A stretch of DNA of 63,895 bases from an uncultured Candidatus Saccharibacteria bacterium (GTDB lineage: Bacteria > Patescibacteriota > Minisyncoccia > Phycocordibacterales > Zambryskibacteraceae). A program made the translations under genes and the position numbers. The stretch is taken from contig CAZDDU010000003.1 of assembly GCA_964504255.1 (NCBI GenBank), forward strand, positions 1-63,895, written 5' to 3'. This document shows, one piece after another, positions 63,151 to 63,895 of the stretch (the stretch's first letter is position 1; every line of letters starts with the position of its first letter). The notes beneath the pieces were generated by a model that saw only the letters and a list, made by a program, of their open reading frames with translations, was not told the origin of the DNA and did no database searches.

Positions 63151-63711
63151 CTAGTCGATCTTGATCACTTCGATTGGCGTTGTCGACCAGGAAATTAGTG
63201 TCACATAGGTGTTGCAGTCATAGGTCTTCCAACCCTTACCTTTGATGAGATCTTCGAGGAAGGGCTCAATCTCACCCCGCAGAGTGACGAACTCTAGGCC
63301 GTAGTCGACGACAACGAAGACTTCATCACTAAAGGGCGAGAGTTTCTTAAAGTCCATGAAGAGATCATTCGCATCTCGTGAGATCCCAGTCAGGAACCTT
63401 GCCCAGACCTGTTTGTCACCGTCTCGGAGAAGCGACATTCTTGACTGAATATTCGCAAGAATGTGGGCATCCTCATCCTCATCATCGAAACCAAAGAGTG
63501 TACGTGATGTGCTGAGACCCTGAGTAGCCAACTTCTTGAGATCCTTATCGGTAGGCTTCTTAAGCCACTTCAAGATCAGGTTGAGATAGCTGACGAACGC
63601 TCTGTTCTCGTCCACCGCCCTTTGCATATCTGTCATGCCATCGCTCATGTGTAGCTCCGCGTGGTTGGAGTATGGAACTAAATCTTCTGGGACAATACCA
63701 CACAAAGCCAT
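63151..63711 (-). CDS. Hypothetical protein
   Basis: 186-aa ORF with no recognised motif. Confidence 0.65.
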   Translation of the reverse strand: MALCGIVPEDLVPYSNHAELHMSDGMTDMQRAVDENRAFVSYLNLILKWLKKPTDKDLKKLATQGLSTSRTLFGFDDEDEDAHILANIQSRMSLLRDGDKQVWARFLTGISRDANDLFMDFKKLSPFSDEVFVVVDYGLEFVTLRGEIEPFLEDLIKGKGWKTYDCNTYVTLISWSTTPIEVIKID

Positions 63712-63765
63712 TCATGAGAAGAGTGGTGTTGAAATAGAGCCAAAATTGAAGTATTCTAGGCGTAT

Positions 63766-63836
63766 TGGGATATCGTCTAATGGTAGGACAGAGGCCTTTG
63801 AAGCCTTTAATTGGGGTTCGAATCCCTGTATCCCAG
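63766..63836 (+). tRNA. tRNA-Gln(TTG)
   Basis: TGGGATA/TATCCCA acceptor, CT-TTG-AA loop, GGTTCGAATCC. Confidence 0.92.
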
Positions 63837-63895
63837 CAGCCATGTGAGATAGACTGAGACGCCTAAATCAGTCATATTTCTCAACATATTTTAAA

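Noticed and set aside
1-63895. CRISPR array, DGR/retron, prophage or IS transposase
   Set aside because: No regularly spaced repeats, reverse transcriptase, cas, phage structural or transposase motifs were recognised in any ORF.
1-63895. Alternative genetic code (UGA=Gly, as in Gracilibacteria/Absconditabacteria)
   Set aside because: Conserved genes are full length under the standard code, and TGA serves as a stop (e.g. serS is intact; 50664 and 30142 end at TGA).

Overview
A 63.9-kb chromosomal window from a small-genome bacterium that looks like Patescibacteria/CPR (Parcubacteria-like). The taxonomy is inferred from a VirB2/TrbC-like pilin array, short IF2/ValRS, AT-rich SD-less core starts and a peptidoglycan-binding surface protein. 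The backbone is housekeeping: murJ, lepA, valS, tsaD, trxB, ftsZ/ftsA, ybeY, rpsU, lepB, pth, rpsA, gyrA, rbfA, infB, iscS-like, clpB, rpmG, miaA, mscL, parB, topA, dprA, serS, ftsQ-like, dus and dnaX, plus 14 tRNA genes and RNase P RNA. About a dozen GC-rich, self-contained accessory genes are interspersed, many secreted, most with their own sigma70 promoter, SD and terminator. I saw no CRISPR array, rRNA, integrase, transposase or reverse transcriptase. The most interesting unexplained signals are non-coding: (1) two large ornate RNA candidates with their own promoter and terminator (24734-25167 minus; 57903-58241 plus); (2) a 6S-like rod RNA (59508-59704); (3) a family of ~140-150 bp non-coding mini-elements inserted at the T-loop of different tRNA genes, with 19-bp tRNA 3'-end duplications and a conserved core; (4) a 21-bp palindrome paired with DnaA boxes at three accessory junctions; (5) a three-hairpin, REP-containing insertion in RNase P RNA. 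All coordinates, pairings and family calls were read by eye; no database search or folding program was run.
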